Shown: positions 38,601 to 50,897 of the stretch, piece by piece
Numbering within the stretch: position 1 is the first letter of the stretch
Layout of the letters: every line of letters begins with the position of its first letter
Notes under the pieces: model-generated
What the model was told of the DNA's origin: nothing
Database searches by the model: none
The model's input: only the letters and a program-made list of their open reading frames with translations
Origin: Lytechinus pictus
Lineage: Eukaryota
Reading direction: 5' to 3'
Length of the DNA: 64,000 nt
Assembly (NCBI RefSeq): GCF_037042905.1
Contig: NC_087251.1
Span: 6,698,001 to 6,762,000 of the forward strand
Made by a program: the position numbers and the translations under genes

Positions 38601-41104
38601 CATCAGTCCACCATTACTTGACCGCTCTTCTGAAGATCTACACAAACCAAGATTATATAAAGGACATGGACTTCGATCAAAAGATTCCTGGTCTAGCATC
38701 TTTCAATGATCTGTAAGTCATGTCCTTATGTGATTCCCTTCAGTCATGCCTTATCAAAGTTGTGTTTGAAACAAAGCTTGCATATGGTCATGTCTTCAAA
38801 ACACATGAGAAAAAAATACAATTTAAAGCTTGATTCCAATTGTAATTATGTAATGATTATATAGTAATAGCTGGATTTGTATAGATTATTTTCCAGAGGA
38901 TACAAAGTGCAACTAGTATTTTCCCAGCTTTAGCTAAAGCTACCATCTCAATGTGTTCGGTGCATTTAAAAAATTAATCCTGCTAGGTACCTCACTTGGT
39001 GGCCATTTCATAAAGCTGTTCGTAAGTTAAGAGCGACTTTAAGAACGACTGGTGAACCCTTCTTACGCGCTAAACCATCGCCAATTCAATATGCTATTTA
39101 TCACAAGAAAGGATCACCAGTCGTTCTTAAAGTCGCTCTTAACTTACGAACAGCTTTATGAAACACCCACCAGGGTTGAGTGCAGCACAATGTGTACTGT
39201 ATGAATTAATAGCTTGTATATTTCCAATGCATTTTTGACGATTGATGCAGATCATTTGTTTTTCTGTAGGGTATTGGCCAAGATTCAATTACAATCCCAT
39301 TCAACCTTGCATCTTGACCTTTGGGTAGTAGAGTCCTTAAATTATTTGGAGCAAATTTGTTGACTGGGTTATGTAAAACATGTGGTATTTCCCTCTTATA
39401 ATTCAAATTTCTCCTAAGTTGAATATATTTCTGTGGTCATAAAAAATTTGACTCATGTTAAGAATATCATCTACGTAAAAATTGAATCTGGAAAAAGCTA
39501 AATAATATATTTTTAAATTTCTTTATTCTCAAGATTCAATGCCGTACTTGCCCAATATGAAGCTGTATCCTTTGGTGATGATCTCTTTGCTCAGTATGTT
39601 CTGCTACCACTACAGCAGAAGTTTAGTATTCACTTCCGCAAGACACTCTGGTTTGATCACATTGATCTACTACGCACCTTACCAATCCAACCATCAAAGG
39701 TAATTTACTTGCACTCAGTTTATATTCTTTTTCTGGTATGAAATAATTTTTGATGATTTATATCAGCTGTTCTGTTTGTTTTATCCATTGTCTCCTAAGT
39801 TTTCACATAATAATGAACATTTGGTAATGTTTTGATGCATGGAATAAATGCATATAGAATATAAGTTGACTGTACAACATTTCATCATGGAATTAGCAGA
39901 AAATGAAATGTGTATGATAAGTTGTCTTTCGCTTTTTTATTTTGTGGTTAATTAGTATAATTGTAGGAAGCTGTGAATGTTAGGTATAATACAAGCTATA
40001 CTGACCGTATGATTACATAGTATTTGTTCACATTCTACACAAGTATTGCTTAGTAGACTTGATATGCATTTGATTTCTGTCCATTCATTTCTTCTCAAAC
40101 AGTGTCTCATTCCAATCCGCCACTTTCTTGATCCACCCGAGCGAGACCCAGCTCTGATCAATATGTACTTCCAGAGCTTGGTCCAGGGCAAGGTTCGACA
40201 ATCCTGGTCTCCCATGATGCACCTGGTTGCAGTCCACCATGTTGCCAATTTCATGTTCACCAACGGACAGGGAGACGGTGAAACAATACGAGAAACAACA
40301 GCTAAACTGAAGCTGATCAAGAGCACAGTTGGCCTTCGAAATGAAGTATGTTGTTTGTAAGACTTGGAAGCATGTATTTTAATGTACTCAAATAGATTTA
40401 AGAACAGTGATGATATTCATCATGCAATTACCTACTGGTATTGTGAAATTCATGTCACAAATTTGTCATATTAATCAGAATACATATGTGATATTTAAAA
40501 AAATCCCATGAGATAATAGAAATAGTGTTTTGTAGGCTTAATTCAACTGTTGAATTCTGAAGAAACTTTTTCACCCTTAGGATATTCATTGAGATGATAA
40601 AGTGACTTTGTCATCACATTTGCTGTTGGCAACTTGTCCCATATGGAACAAAATGGTTCCTGGCAATTGCACTTCCATGGGGCACCCCAATTTAGCGATT
40701 GTAAAGCTGCATAGTATACGATGCATAATACATAATGTATATTTAAAAAAAAGCAAAAGCCTAATGTTTTCTATAATTTTTAAACAACAACCTGGAATGC
40801 TGTAACTGACTTTAATCAATCAATTGTTGACTTCTTTGAAGTTGCAATGGTTATCAAAGTTAGAGTTGATTTCAGATATAATGTAAAAAATTTTGTGTTT
40901 TGATTAATTATTTTGAATGTATTCCCGCAGGATCTGAAGAAGTTATTACTGCTCTACAGATGTCCAGATACTACCAACTCAAGTGGTTATACGACATATG
41001 ATGCCTTGCCAGAGGATAGGTCAGTAATCCTACAAGCAGCAGAGAGGGCTATACTAGAGCAAAGAAACAAGAAGATGGATACAGAGAGAGATGGGATGTC
41101 ATGA
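20647..41104 (+). CDS. RPAP1: RNA polymerase II-associated protein 1 (RPAP1/Rba50/IYO family); 28 coding exons, about 1498 aa
   Basis: Exons: 20647-20845, 21633-21727, 22075-22156, 23534-23574, 23962-24054, 24269-24422, 25600-25830, 26112-26227, 27309-27444, 27698-27900, 28386-28487, 29132-29299, 30145-30330, 30769-30976, 31470-31567, 31959-32116, 33803-34003, 34571-34790, 35427-35536, 35874-36225, 36556-36698, 37232-37426, 37543-37668, 38077-38240, 38580-38712, 39534-39699, 40103-40345, 40931-41104. All GT-AG, phases consistent, 4497 nt. Family motifs: [104 protein letters not shown]. Confidence 0.93.
21537..21545 (+). CDS. Candidate 9-nt in-frame micro-exon of RPAP1 (adds G-M-P)
   Basis: About 20-nt T/C tract, then CAG|GTATGCCAG|GTATAA inside a phase-1 intron. 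Confidence 0.35.
22607..23290 (+). mobile_element. Helentron/DINE-1-like non-autonomous element with three ~156-bp internal tandem repeats
   Basis: Sub-terminal IR TGTCTCGCCC...GGGCGAGACA; 5' hairpin; GTC/GTCC microsatellite; units at 22701, 22858 and 23013; T-rich flanks. Confidence 0.75.
24518..25099. mobile_element. Fold-back MITE with TTAA TSD (Kolobok-like)
   Basis: TTAA|AGGGATGGTCCGGGCT...AGCCCGGACCATCCCT|TTAA; inverted arms of about 190 bp or more. Confidence 0.88.
25313..25495. mobile_element. Palindromic MITE family A, copy 2
   Basis: Same TIRs as 2870-3014; flanks CTG and CAG. Confidence 0.85.
26330..26901. mobile_element. Older TTAA-flanked non-autonomous element (Kolobok-like)
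   Basis: TTAA|AGTGATAATTTCACTTTG...CAAAGTTAAACGATCCCT|TTAA; degenerate TIRs. Confidence 0.55.
28888..29126 (+). mobile_element. tRNA-derived SINE (family S3) inserted at an RPAP1 splice acceptor
   Basis: A box TGGTCTAGTGG, B box GGTTCAAATCC, GTGAATGGGTACCTGGCAGG core, TTA-rich tail; TACAGT on both flanks (28882-28887 and 29127-29132). Confidence 0.85.
29305..29445 (+). repeat. 48-bp minisatellite, about 3 copies, next to the RPAP1 exon 12 donor
   Basis: TAAACAGGATGAAT at 29305, 29353 and 29401. Confidence 0.9.
32152..32690 (+). mobile_element. Helentron/DINE-like element (truncated) with ~152-bp repeats carrying GTTGCCATGGTAAC
   Basis: 5' hairpin GTATCCCCCGAAC-AGA-GTTCGGAGGATAC; GCC microsatellite; repeat motif at 32240, 32392 and 32544. 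Confidence 0.65.
32700..33408 (+). mobile_element. LINE (CR1/L2 group) 3' fragment
   Basis: ORF 32758-33015 resembles the ORF2 C-terminus (IHSYST...[12 protein letters not shown]...FKRKYK), followed by a 3' UTR ending AATAAATGAATTGAA. Confidence 0.75.
35300..35409 (+). CDS. RPAP1: Candidate alternative (duplicated) RPAP1 exon 19A, paralogous to exon 35427-35536
   Basis: Same acceptor context (ttaccacag), same 110-nt length to a GT at 35410, same phases (0/2), no stop or indel. Encodes [26 protein letters not shown] versus [26 protein letters not shown]. Confidence 0.5.
38875..39193 (-). mobile_element. SINE family S3 fragment interrupted by a MITE
   Basis: AATTAATCCTGCTAGGTACC matches the reverse complement of the 28888 SINE core and resumes as GGTTGAGTGCAGCACAATGTG after the MITE. 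Confidence 0.6.
38999..39170. mobile_element. Palindromic MITE family A, copy 3
   Basis: Near-perfect arms TTTCATAAAGCTGTTCGTAAGTTAAGAGCGACTTTAAGAACGACTGGTGA. Confidence 0.88.
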
Positions 41105-41279
41105 CGTAGTGGTAAGGAGTAGGGATATAAGCAGTTTATTTATTTTACTTCATTTTTTTATGTTTTGATAATGCATGCATTCCCTTGGCAATTATTTTTT
41201 TGGGATGTAATGTAATAGTACCTTATGAACTTAGTTTTGAAACATTTGTAAGTTATAGTAAATATTTATCTATATAGTG

Positions 41280-42115
41280 TTTGTCTCGCCTGTATAGCAG
41301 AGCGAGACAATAGACGCCGCTTTTCCGACGGTGGCGGCGGTGTCAACATCAAATCTTAACCAAAGGCTAAGTTTTTTAAATGACATCATAACTTAGAAAG
41401 TATATGGTCCTAGTTCATGAAACTTAGACATAAGGTTAATCAGGTATTGCTGAACATCCTGCCTGAGTTTCAGGTCACAAAACCAAGGACAAAGGTCATA
41501 TAGGGTCAATGAACTTAGGCCAAGTTGGGGGTATTTGTTGAATTACAAATATAACTTTAAAATTTTATGGATCTAGTTCATAAAACTTGGACATAAAGAG
41601 TAATCAAGTATCACTGAACATCTTGTGTGAGTTTCAGGTTACATGCCAAGGTCAAATGTCATTTAAGGTTGATGAACTTTGACCATGTTGGGGGTATTTG
41701 TTGAATTACCATCATAATTCTGAAAGTTTATGGACCTTGTTCATGAAACTTGGACATAAGAGTAATCAAGTATCACTGAACATCCTGTGCGGGTTTCAGG
41801 TCAAATGACCAAAGTCATAGGTCATTTATGGTCAATGAATTTTGGCCATGTTAGGGGTAATTGTTGAATTGCCATCATAACTGAAATTTTATGGATGTAC
41901 ATTATGAAATATGGACATAGGGGTAATCAAGTATCACTTACAAGTCTTAGGTCACATGATCAAGGTCAAATGTCATTTAGGGTCTATGAACATAGTATTA
42001 TATCATTATATGAATGTTTTTTTGTGAATACTTATTTTATAGTAGTTTTCAAAGTCAGCACTGTTGCTATATTGAATTGTGTAATGCAGGTGAGACTGCC
42101 AGAGGTGCTCCACTT
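41280..42115 (+). mobile_element. Helentron/DINE-like element with about four ~163-bp tandem repeats, just downstream of the RPAP1 stop
   Basis: GTCTCGCCTG...CAGGTGAGAC sub-terminal IR; GGC microsatellite; units at about 41414, 41577, 41740 and 41902. Confidence 0.75.
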
Positions 42116-42430
42116 GATATAATGTTTGTAATCACAAGCTATGAACTCTTGTTTGGAGTTCAGATCAGGACAGAGTTATTAGTAAACCAATGCAAACCGT
42201 GGCATGATATGCCATTGATAATTGAAGCTAGTATGTTGTAATTAACTTTATTACAGTTACCCTTATTATTTTTGTTAATGTTTGTTATTGTTCTTGTTGC
42301 AGTAATCATTTTTGTTGTAATTTTCATTGTTGATTTTATTGTGATTGTGGTATTTGTTTTGAAAAATTGTATTTCTCATTTTTGTCAGTTTACAATAACA
42401 AACAATGATACAGTCACAATCGTTGAAATG

Positions 42431-42598
42431 AGTGATTAAAAGCAAGATGGAAAGATGACAATATTCATTATTAATTCCGTAACAACGCAGTTAATATGAT
42501 GATACATTCACAATAATTTAAACAAGTGATTAAAAGCAAGATGGAAAGATGTCAATACTTATTATTAATGCCATACATGTAGCAATGCAGTTAATATG
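42431..42598 (+). repeat. Direct tandem duplication, ~94-bp period
   Basis: AGTGATTAAAAGCAAGATGGAAAGATG at 42431 and 42525. Confidence 0.8.
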
Positions 42599-44060
42599 AG
42601 GGGTCTCTAAAGGCATCTATAATTACAAATGATTGCAGGAAAAAAATGACAAAAACAAGCTGCATTAATGTAAGGACTTATTTTCTTTCTTCATGCAGTG
42701 TGAAATATTCAGTCATAATACATTTTTGATAAGACACTATCTATAATAGACAAAGAGGCTTTGTTTAATGAAGGAAATATGACTAAGGACATGATTCATC
42801 TCAAGATGTCAATGTGAAGATCATCTAGGATGATACTTGATTTATTTTGTTCAATATAAGGTTTGATTATGTTTGATTATTATTTTTTTGTCTTGTATCA
42901 TGTGACATTAAGCCTTTCCCTTGCAATATACCCAAGTAGAGTATCAGAAGAGTAAATTACCATAAACTGGTTTATTAATGCGAGCTTGTAGGTACTGTAC
43001 CATAAAATAGACCAGTGTTTAATAAGTTTGCTCTGAAGCAATATATATATTAGGTCTAGAGTGTAATGCATTACTTTATTGAACTCTAAACAAACTTATT
43101 ATTCTATAAACATGCAAACCAAATATTATTTTTTTTTTAAATAAGGCTTTGGGTTAAAGAAATTTGTTAATAACTTTGAAGTATGCCCTTCAACTATGGC
43201 TCATAAAAGACCACTAGATTTCCAGATGTAATAACAATAATATTTTAGAATGTGTACCAGTTTGAATATAAATCCATTGGATTTATAAACTAGAAATAAA
43301 TTAATATGTATGACTTTCTAACTGAATAAAAGCATCACATACCACAAAGTTCCCTAAAAAAGCATTTCTTTCACTGGATCATACAAAATAAATTATTGAA
43401 ATAAATAATACAGAACAAAACCATGTGTGCTATTTTCAAACAGGAATGGAGATCACCTTATTAGACTCTTCTCTTTAGTATGTATATTAATATACAATTC
43501 AATTTTTTATTTTACATTCCACCTTTGTCTTTACATAAAAAACTTTTACAGCAATGTTATTGTATTACATGTACTTGGTACTTGATTTAATTTATGGTAA
43601 AATTAAGATACTTACAAATACAAGATCAATAATATTTGGTACATCTACCCAATATCCGGCATATGAATATTTCTAAACTAACAATATTTATCTGATCTGA
43701 TCATGAGAGAAAAAATAGAACTAAAATAAATATTGACACTGTTTCAAACACATTTTGATATATTAATCAACTTATTTTCTTCAATGAATATGGCTAGTTA
43801 ATTTGAAATTTGTACAAAAAGTATAAGGATATGAATATGTGTGTGAAAATTATGTATTTTTTGGATTATCTCAATAAATGTAGATGATACAACATATCAC
43901 ATGGTAAAACACATTACATATGCAATCTTATAATATGTACAGATGTAAATAATAAATTCTTTTTTATCTTTATTTGAAATCGATTATTTTATTTTCATTC
44001 ACATTCCATTGATTGAATTTGTGTTTTTTTTTTTTTTTTTTTTCATATAAGATATTTCAG

Positions 44061-44315
44061 GGCCCTGTCTTACGAAGAGTTACGATTGATCTGATCAACC
44101 TCAACTATATGGAAATCCAACAATGTCATAATTTTTTCTACAGGAAATTTGCACAATGTCCTTTGTAAACAAAGAGAAGCATACAGAACATTCAAGAAAA
44201 TATATAACATCTCTACACAATATTTTGAATGAATATGCATTTTATATGTTGACGTTGCTGGCTTTCCATAGTTGTGGTTGATTGGATCAATTGCAACTCT
44301 TTGTAAAACGAGGTC
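44061..44315. mobile_element. Palindromic MITE (PIF/Harbinger-like)
   Basis: Imperfect ~65-bp TIRs (GGCCCTGTCTTACGAAGAGTTACGATTGAT); CAG on both flanks. Confidence 0.75.
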
Positions 44316-44470
44316 CAGAATTAACTAAATCATAACCAATGGGAGAGTAGTGTAAAGGGAAAGGGTCATGATTACCTTTATTGAAAAATAAATTATTTAA
44401 GCTTGCAAGGGCAGCTATTTAGTTAAAAGGGGGATAGAGAAAAGAGTTGTAAAAGAAAGGAGGCAAAACT

Positions 44471-44896
44471 ATATGATGATGATGCACAGCATTTGTATAG
44501 TGCCATATATCTGTCAAAGACATTCAAAGGCGCATTGGAGGAGCAAGCCAATCTGGGTCGCCTAAAAGGGCGCGCACACAGAACTGTGACCCGCAGGTCT
44601 CTCCCGATAACTGGTTGGGGGAATGCAGGTGGACCACTACACCGGGGTTTCCCCCTACTCTTATTCGAATAGTGCAGTGGGTTTTTAACGTGCAAAGATG
44701 ATGATTCTCCTCTACATGGGGCCTCCATTTAACATCCTATCCAAGGGACAGAGTGTTTTCCACTGTAACATAGCCTGCATCTATGAAACAGGGGAGAGAC
44801 GTTTACACACAACGCACTGGCTTCAGTCATCCGCCCGGGGTGGACTCGAACCCACGATCTTTGGCAGACGCTTTACTGACTGAGCCAAATACGCTC
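44471..44896 (-). mobile_element. tRNA-derived SINE (S1-related), near full length
   Basis: Minus-strand A box TGGCTCAGTCAG, B box GGTTCGAGTCC, shared central domain, tail GGCACTATACAAATGC followed by (CAT)n. Confidence 0.8.
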
Positions 44897-45419
44897 TCTC
44901 GCTCTATATGAGAAAATAAAAAGTTTAAAGAATAGATATAAATAAATTAGAAATATTGTATTGACTATCATATTTAACAGGCTAAGAACTTACCGAAGGA
45001 GGAATTTAGAGACAATCCTAAATTTATACAATAGAAAGAAAAGGGACATATTATTTTCAAGTCTTTTAAATGGAAAAACACGTACAATGCAATATCTTAT
45101 TATAAGATCTTCTCAGAATTGATTTGCTATTTTATAGTTAGGCTTCTCTATGTGAGAATACTTGTCTCTCACTCTTGCGATGGTAATCTAAGATTTGATA
45201 CGAAGGTTCTAAATCAAGCCTTTGTAAGAATTTCTGAAGCCATTTTGAAGTGAGTGCTCTGGGATTCCCTCCATTCTTAGACAAAGAATCAAGGATAAGG
45301 GCAAGGGGTGCTCAGGGGAGCAAGAGAAGTGTGTTGATGTTAAAGGTGCAGTGCCATACAGGCTTTCACAGACCTCGCTTTGCCTTATGGGGATCCATGC
45401 ATATTTCGATTTGTCTAAG

Positions 45420-45860
45420 ATTGATTGATGATGATGATGATGGCAATCGTTGTGATAGTGATGGTGATTATAACAATGATGATGATGATGGTGGTGGTGT
45501 TGGTAGTTCTGATGACCACTGCCTAGATAACAACGGTGATGATGATTATAGTGATGATGATGAGGCTGATATTGATTGTGAAGGTCATGATTATAAAGAT
45601 GATAGTGATGAAATTCACATTGTGATTGATGATAAACATAATCATGTTGATCCAGAATGATCATATCAATGAACGTTGGAGAAGGAAGAAAAGGAGGGGG
45701 AATACAAGAGATTTTTATTTTTAATAGAATTAGGAACATTGTCATTGTGTGCGAAGATATTGATAATGATAATGATAAAGACATTAGACAAATGTAGGCT
45801 ACTGCTAATGATGATTAAGAGGGAGGGGGATGGTGATTTGAGGAAACTGATGACGGTAAT
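45420..45860 (+). repeat. Degenerate (GAT)n low-complexity tract
   Basis: GAT/GGT triplet-rich; explains the His-rich and Asp-rich ORFs. Confidence 0.8.
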
Positions 45861-45862
45861 AT

Positions 45863-46374
45863 ACAAATAGCGAATAGGCATGAGTGCGATGGTGCGAGAT
45901 TTCGCATGAGGTGAAAGAAAGATGCTCTATTCAACGAGGCGTTAGCCGAGTTGAATAGAGTGTTTCTTTCTTTCACCGAATGCGAAATCTCGCACCATTG
46001 CACGAATAAGAATATTCGCTATTTGTGTTGTACAACGCCTCGGAGTTTAGCGAATTTATGAAAAAACAAAGAGTTTTTCCTGTAGTAATCTATGAAAAGG
46101 GAGCAAAAATATGAAAAGCGAAAAGCAAAATCCCACAAGCGAACACCTCGGACATGCATTGCGCATTTAGCCAGCAGGCTATACGCGTATTGCACCTGCA
46201 TTTTTACTGAGCGCAATTAATTGAATCGTATTGTGACGTCACCTCCTAAAGCCGTGCAACGGTACATTTTGGACGGTACATTTTGGATGGTACGTCTTTT
46301 GTGCAACGGTACGAATGTTTGACATTCAGCCTCCCATTTGCTCGCGTACAACAAGCTAAGTAGGCGTTGTACAA
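45863..46374. mobile_element. Unclassified CpG-rich element with a terminal long hairpin plus a second IR pair
   Basis: Hairpin 45863-46026 around GAGGCGTTAGCCGAG; TTGTACAACGCCT (46028-46040) and AGGCGTTGTACAA (46362-46374). Confidence 0.65.
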
Positions 46375-48776
46375 TAGCAATTGTTTTAATCTATTTAGGA
46401 TTGAACCTGTGGAGAGGAGAAGGGAGAAAAGGAAGCTGAAAGAAATGTTAAATGGATTGGTGATATACCGTTAAATAAGCCAACTTCAGATAGCTAAAAG
46501 TAGGAAAGTTACATAAGGACAGAAATCATATAGTAAGTAATAAATCAGCAGAGTTCTCGTCCATCAGCATTTAATAAAAATCTGAAAGGTTTTGCTAAGT
46601 TCATAGCAACAACCCTTAATTTTAGAATATAAAAACTAGCATACAATATTGACAATTGACTTCTCAGTAGTTGTGTCTTTAAAAAAGCAGCAATTTCCAC
46701 TTTAATATTTCCCCAAGCATGCTTGGGCATATTTGACTATTGTCTTACATATTTGATCAAAGTAAGCCTGAGGGAGAAATTTACTTTCCACTGACCTGCA
46801 TCGTTTGTGATGACAGTACCTCAATGGGCTGACTCATTAGTTTCAGTAAGGCAGCGCCAACTATGAAATTTTTGGAGAGAAAATCCATTTAATGGCTCGC
46901 TTGGCTTATAATCGACTTATATCCACATGCATTAGTATCAGAAGTAGTTTGAGATTTTAGAAAGCGTGCATTATTGAGAATACTTTGTTTCAAATAATAC
47001 TATAAACTCCTGAGATGAGGCAAAATTGTACATGATTATTTGCATTTTACTTGTACAATTCTACATATTAAGCAATGTATCCATGTATGCAGTGGATATT
47101 CAATATAATGATGTCCTTGAGAACCTCTAATTTATCCTGTAAAAGTATAAATATTGTGTTCATTTTGGATGATTTATAGAATGTAAACATTATTACATAA
47201 ATACCTTTTTTATATTGCTGTATTTCTTATACTGATTTTTATAACCATGAATATAATTACCAAGAAAGTACATTTTGTCAAATAGACTTGTTTTATATAC
47301 TATTTTTACAGTTTACTTTATGATAAAGACATTATAAATCCAGTCTGTTTCAAAAGTGAAAATATTTGTCAAAGAAAAAGATTATAAAGTGTCAGGAAGG
47401 TTTTCATAATTTGAATCTTTATGTAGGTATCAGTGTATATTATATCTTGGATGGTTTGAATAATTTCTTTGGGAAATGTATATTCAATGTTCATGAACAA
47501 TGTGTGTCAGAAATTAGAATGAAAGAGAGATTGAATAGAAAGAAAGAGAGAGAGAGAGAGATGGACACACAGAAGCAGCGCGAATGAACAACCAGTAGTT
47601 AAAACAAATATGAAGGAGAAAAGATGTGAGGTTTTTACCTTTAAAATATCAAAAGAAAGGGGAAAAATACATTTTGTAGATAGGTGGCTCACCGCAATAA
47701 ACCATCCAATCTATTTCCAGGCTCTAAAAAAGAGACATATTGTACAAATTCTACGTCGCTTGATGGTCTGAAACTCAAGAAGACAGGCAAAGCTCTTTCG
47801 ATACTCTCCATGACAACCGTGTGAGATGTAGTTAAGAAGCTTCATGCATGATGGAATAATTTCCTTTCAAATGTGTGGGAAATTTGATGTGAGGATTGGA
47901 CTAACCCTAGATTTGCCTCCTGAAGAATGAATCACTGTGATTAGTAACTCTAGAAATCAAAATTTCTTTTTAGCAGACTGTAAAGTCACATCTGCTGTTA
48001 ATATGTACATATGGACAACTGACTCTGTACCAGACAGACTGTTATGGGTGTTAGGAGATGATGATGGAGGATGATTGACATCTTGCATGATGAGGTTGTA
48101 TTTATTTGTAAAATGAGATTTAGCAGTTGTATTGAGAGTTGAAATGTGATAAAACGTTTGTTTTATATCCTGGATTTCAGAATATTTTCATCTGTCAGTC
48201 ATTGAATGTCAGCTATTGTTTGGTAAGTGTGCAATATAGTGATTATTTTTTTATGATTATGAAAAGAAATTGCTAGGATAAACACCCCCACATGCACACA
48301 CACTCTCCCACACATGCAGACATGCACCTCAGACCGTAACTTCATATTTTTAAAAGTTATTGTTATAGTCCCTTTTCCATCAATGGTAGTCACCATGGCA
48401 ACAATGCCCAACAACCAATTAAAATCATGATTTTCATCGCAGATATCATAATTAGAAGCTTGATATAATGGGGCTCCAAGATCAATTCAAGGAGGAAAAA
48501 TATAATTGTGGTAGAATATTCAGATTTTCACATAATTATTTTAAAGAAGCAGTCCTGTAAGAACATTGCTGAAGCACGACCTAATCTGATGGATACATTC
48601 TCTGTTATGTAAAATTCTCCATGCTAATTCCATAAGTCCACCACATTCCCTATTTCATCAATAATTGCATCAATTATGATTTAATCTTTACCTACATGCT
48701 TGATTAAAAGCAGGCCAATCAGATTGTGTCAAGAAAAATATGTAAGATCATAGCTGTAAACCAGGTTTAGTCATAT

Positions 48777-48987
48777 GGAGTGATGCAAGAAACTTACAAT
48801 TGATTGCAATCAATTTTAGGTCTGAACATCAATCATAAGTCATGCAATTAATTGCAAATTGATCTCAGGTCTACTCCTGGTATTTACAAGTTTAAATTGA
48901 TTTGCTTTAGTTAAAATTGATCCATCACTTGTAAAATTGCAACTGAAGTTTGCGATTGATTGCAGATATTTTCTTGCAACACCACCT
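48777..48987. mobile_element. Old degenerate MITE
   Basis: GTGATGCAAGAAACTTACAATTGATTGCAA pairs imperfectly with TTGCGATTGATTGCAGATATTTTCTTGCAACAC. Confidence 0.5.
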
Positions 48988-50611
48988 TAGATATTTCTTA
49001 TTAGCATAACCTACCATTCAAAATTCTTCTTCCTCCAGGCTGTTGACAAGTTTGGCATACTTGAATTTCTGTTTCATGAGCAGAAGAGAAGTACTATGTT
49101 CTATGAGGAAAGAGACTTTCATTCTTTGACATCGTTTTTGAATACAATTGGATTGCATCTCAAGGGAGAGAGAGTCATGATGCATTTGGTAATTGGTAGA
49201 TTGCTTTCAGTGCCCCAGGGTATGGGGTATGGAGATCATGGATGGCTTATTAAAGATGTCAACTCAGAATGTACATTTATTCTTTCTCTCTTGATTGGAG
49301 AGCAAGAGCTTTGTTTCGGGAAGAAGGGGACGGGGGTGAAATATGGTTTGCGCTTGTTGCTTTAAATAACTTCCTGCTTGCTTTATACCAGGAATGTATC
49401 AGCTTACTGGACAACCAGCAGATTTTGCTATTAAATCTTTTTTTCCTCTTGCTTTGTGGAGACAACATCTAAATTTTGTATATGCTTGTAGCTCTAAATA
49501 AAACTGAGGAGATAGATCACAATTTCAAAGTAGGTTTCACACGCCTTGCTGGCTGGAATCCAGTCGGCTTAGATAGTAATTTTTTGGAGGGGGCAGACTA
49601 TTGTTCACAAACAATGCCGGCCCTGACATGGGATTGTATCCGATCCAGCTGAATCCGCCACTGCTTTGATTAGGAATGGCAAGTGGGTGATTTGATAGGT
49701 AAAGATGCACTGATTACAAGAAGCACCAGAGGGTGAAATTGTTGTGAAATTGGAGATGACCAAAGTGATATTTCTTTTTATTTTTGCCTCCTGTCAGTTT
49801 CATTTCCTAAGAGCTCTGATCTTACACCTACTCACGCACTCTCTCTCTCTCTCTCTGCATATTCCTCCCTCTCTCCCTTACTTTTTATCTTTTTCCTTTT
49901 TTCTTTTTTTCATTTTACTGCCTGTCTTGTAACAGAAACACACACACCATCATTTCCCTTTTCTCTGTTTCTATCTTTCTCACAACATTTCTGTCTTTTT
50001 TCTCTCTACCTCTTCTCTGATTAATTACAAAATGCTCAGGTTGCTATGAACATGATTTGTTGACCCCCCACTCTTTCTCTCAGCGAGTGCTTCTTTTTCC
50101 ATTTCCAAGTCTATTCTACTGGATTTGCTTTGCCTGAAATTGTAATCAATTTCAATTTGATTATCATTTTCTATAATAGTGTATACATGTAGTATTTAAT
50201 ATTTCCCATCATTTCTCACTTCAATTCCTCAACTATCCCTAGCTCATTATGAAACATTTAGAAGTACACTCGTAATAATTTGAACTTTGACAGGATTCTC
50301 CAAGGGGGGGGGGCACATTTATCTGAGGAAAAATTTGACAAGCAAAAAAAAGAAAAGGTTTTCAACAAAAAAATTAGGACATTTCGTCCAAGAAAAAAAT
50401 TGACAACCTCCCCCCCAAAAAAAAGGTCCTCACTTTGAAAAGGGGGAGGGGCACACTTCTGTTTTAACAGCATTTTTACATTTGCCCCCCCCCCCCCTGT
50501 ATCCGCCAGTGATCTTTGAGCATTTTAGAACTGTTTTTAAAAGACACAACACAGTCTGCAGCCAGGGTGCTTTCATATCTACTACTGATAGCAGTCAGTT
50601 CATCAGTGACA

Positions 50612-50897
50612 ACTGTTATAAGCTACTAAATATTGAATCAGATTGGCTTGAAAACGACAATAATCACCTTCAGCTGATATAAGCTACTGTAATCATTGCA
50701 TCTGATTGGCTTGAAAATGACAATAATCACCTTCAGCTGCTATAAGTTACTGTAATCATTGCATCTGATTGGCTTGAAAACAACAATAATCACCTTCAGC
50801 TGCTATAAGCTACTAAATATTGCATCTGATTGGCTTGAAAACAACAATAATCACCTTCAGCTGATATAAGCTACTGTAATCATTGCATATGATTGAC
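50612..50897 (+). repeat. 61-63-bp minisatellite, about 4.5 copies
   Basis: GATTGGCTTGAAAA at 50641, 50704, 50767 and 50828. Confidence 0.9.

Noticed and set aside
45209..45784. 191-aa His-rich and 136-aa Asp-rich ORFs
   Set aside because: By-products of a degenerate (GAT)n tract; no domain or splice support.
47721..47830. Possible exon after tctatttccAG
   Set aside because: Short frames end in stops, no recognisable protein and no partner exons.
48389..48402. Isolated X-box-like GTCACCATGGCAAC
   Set aside because: No CpG island, TSS or exon evidence nearby.
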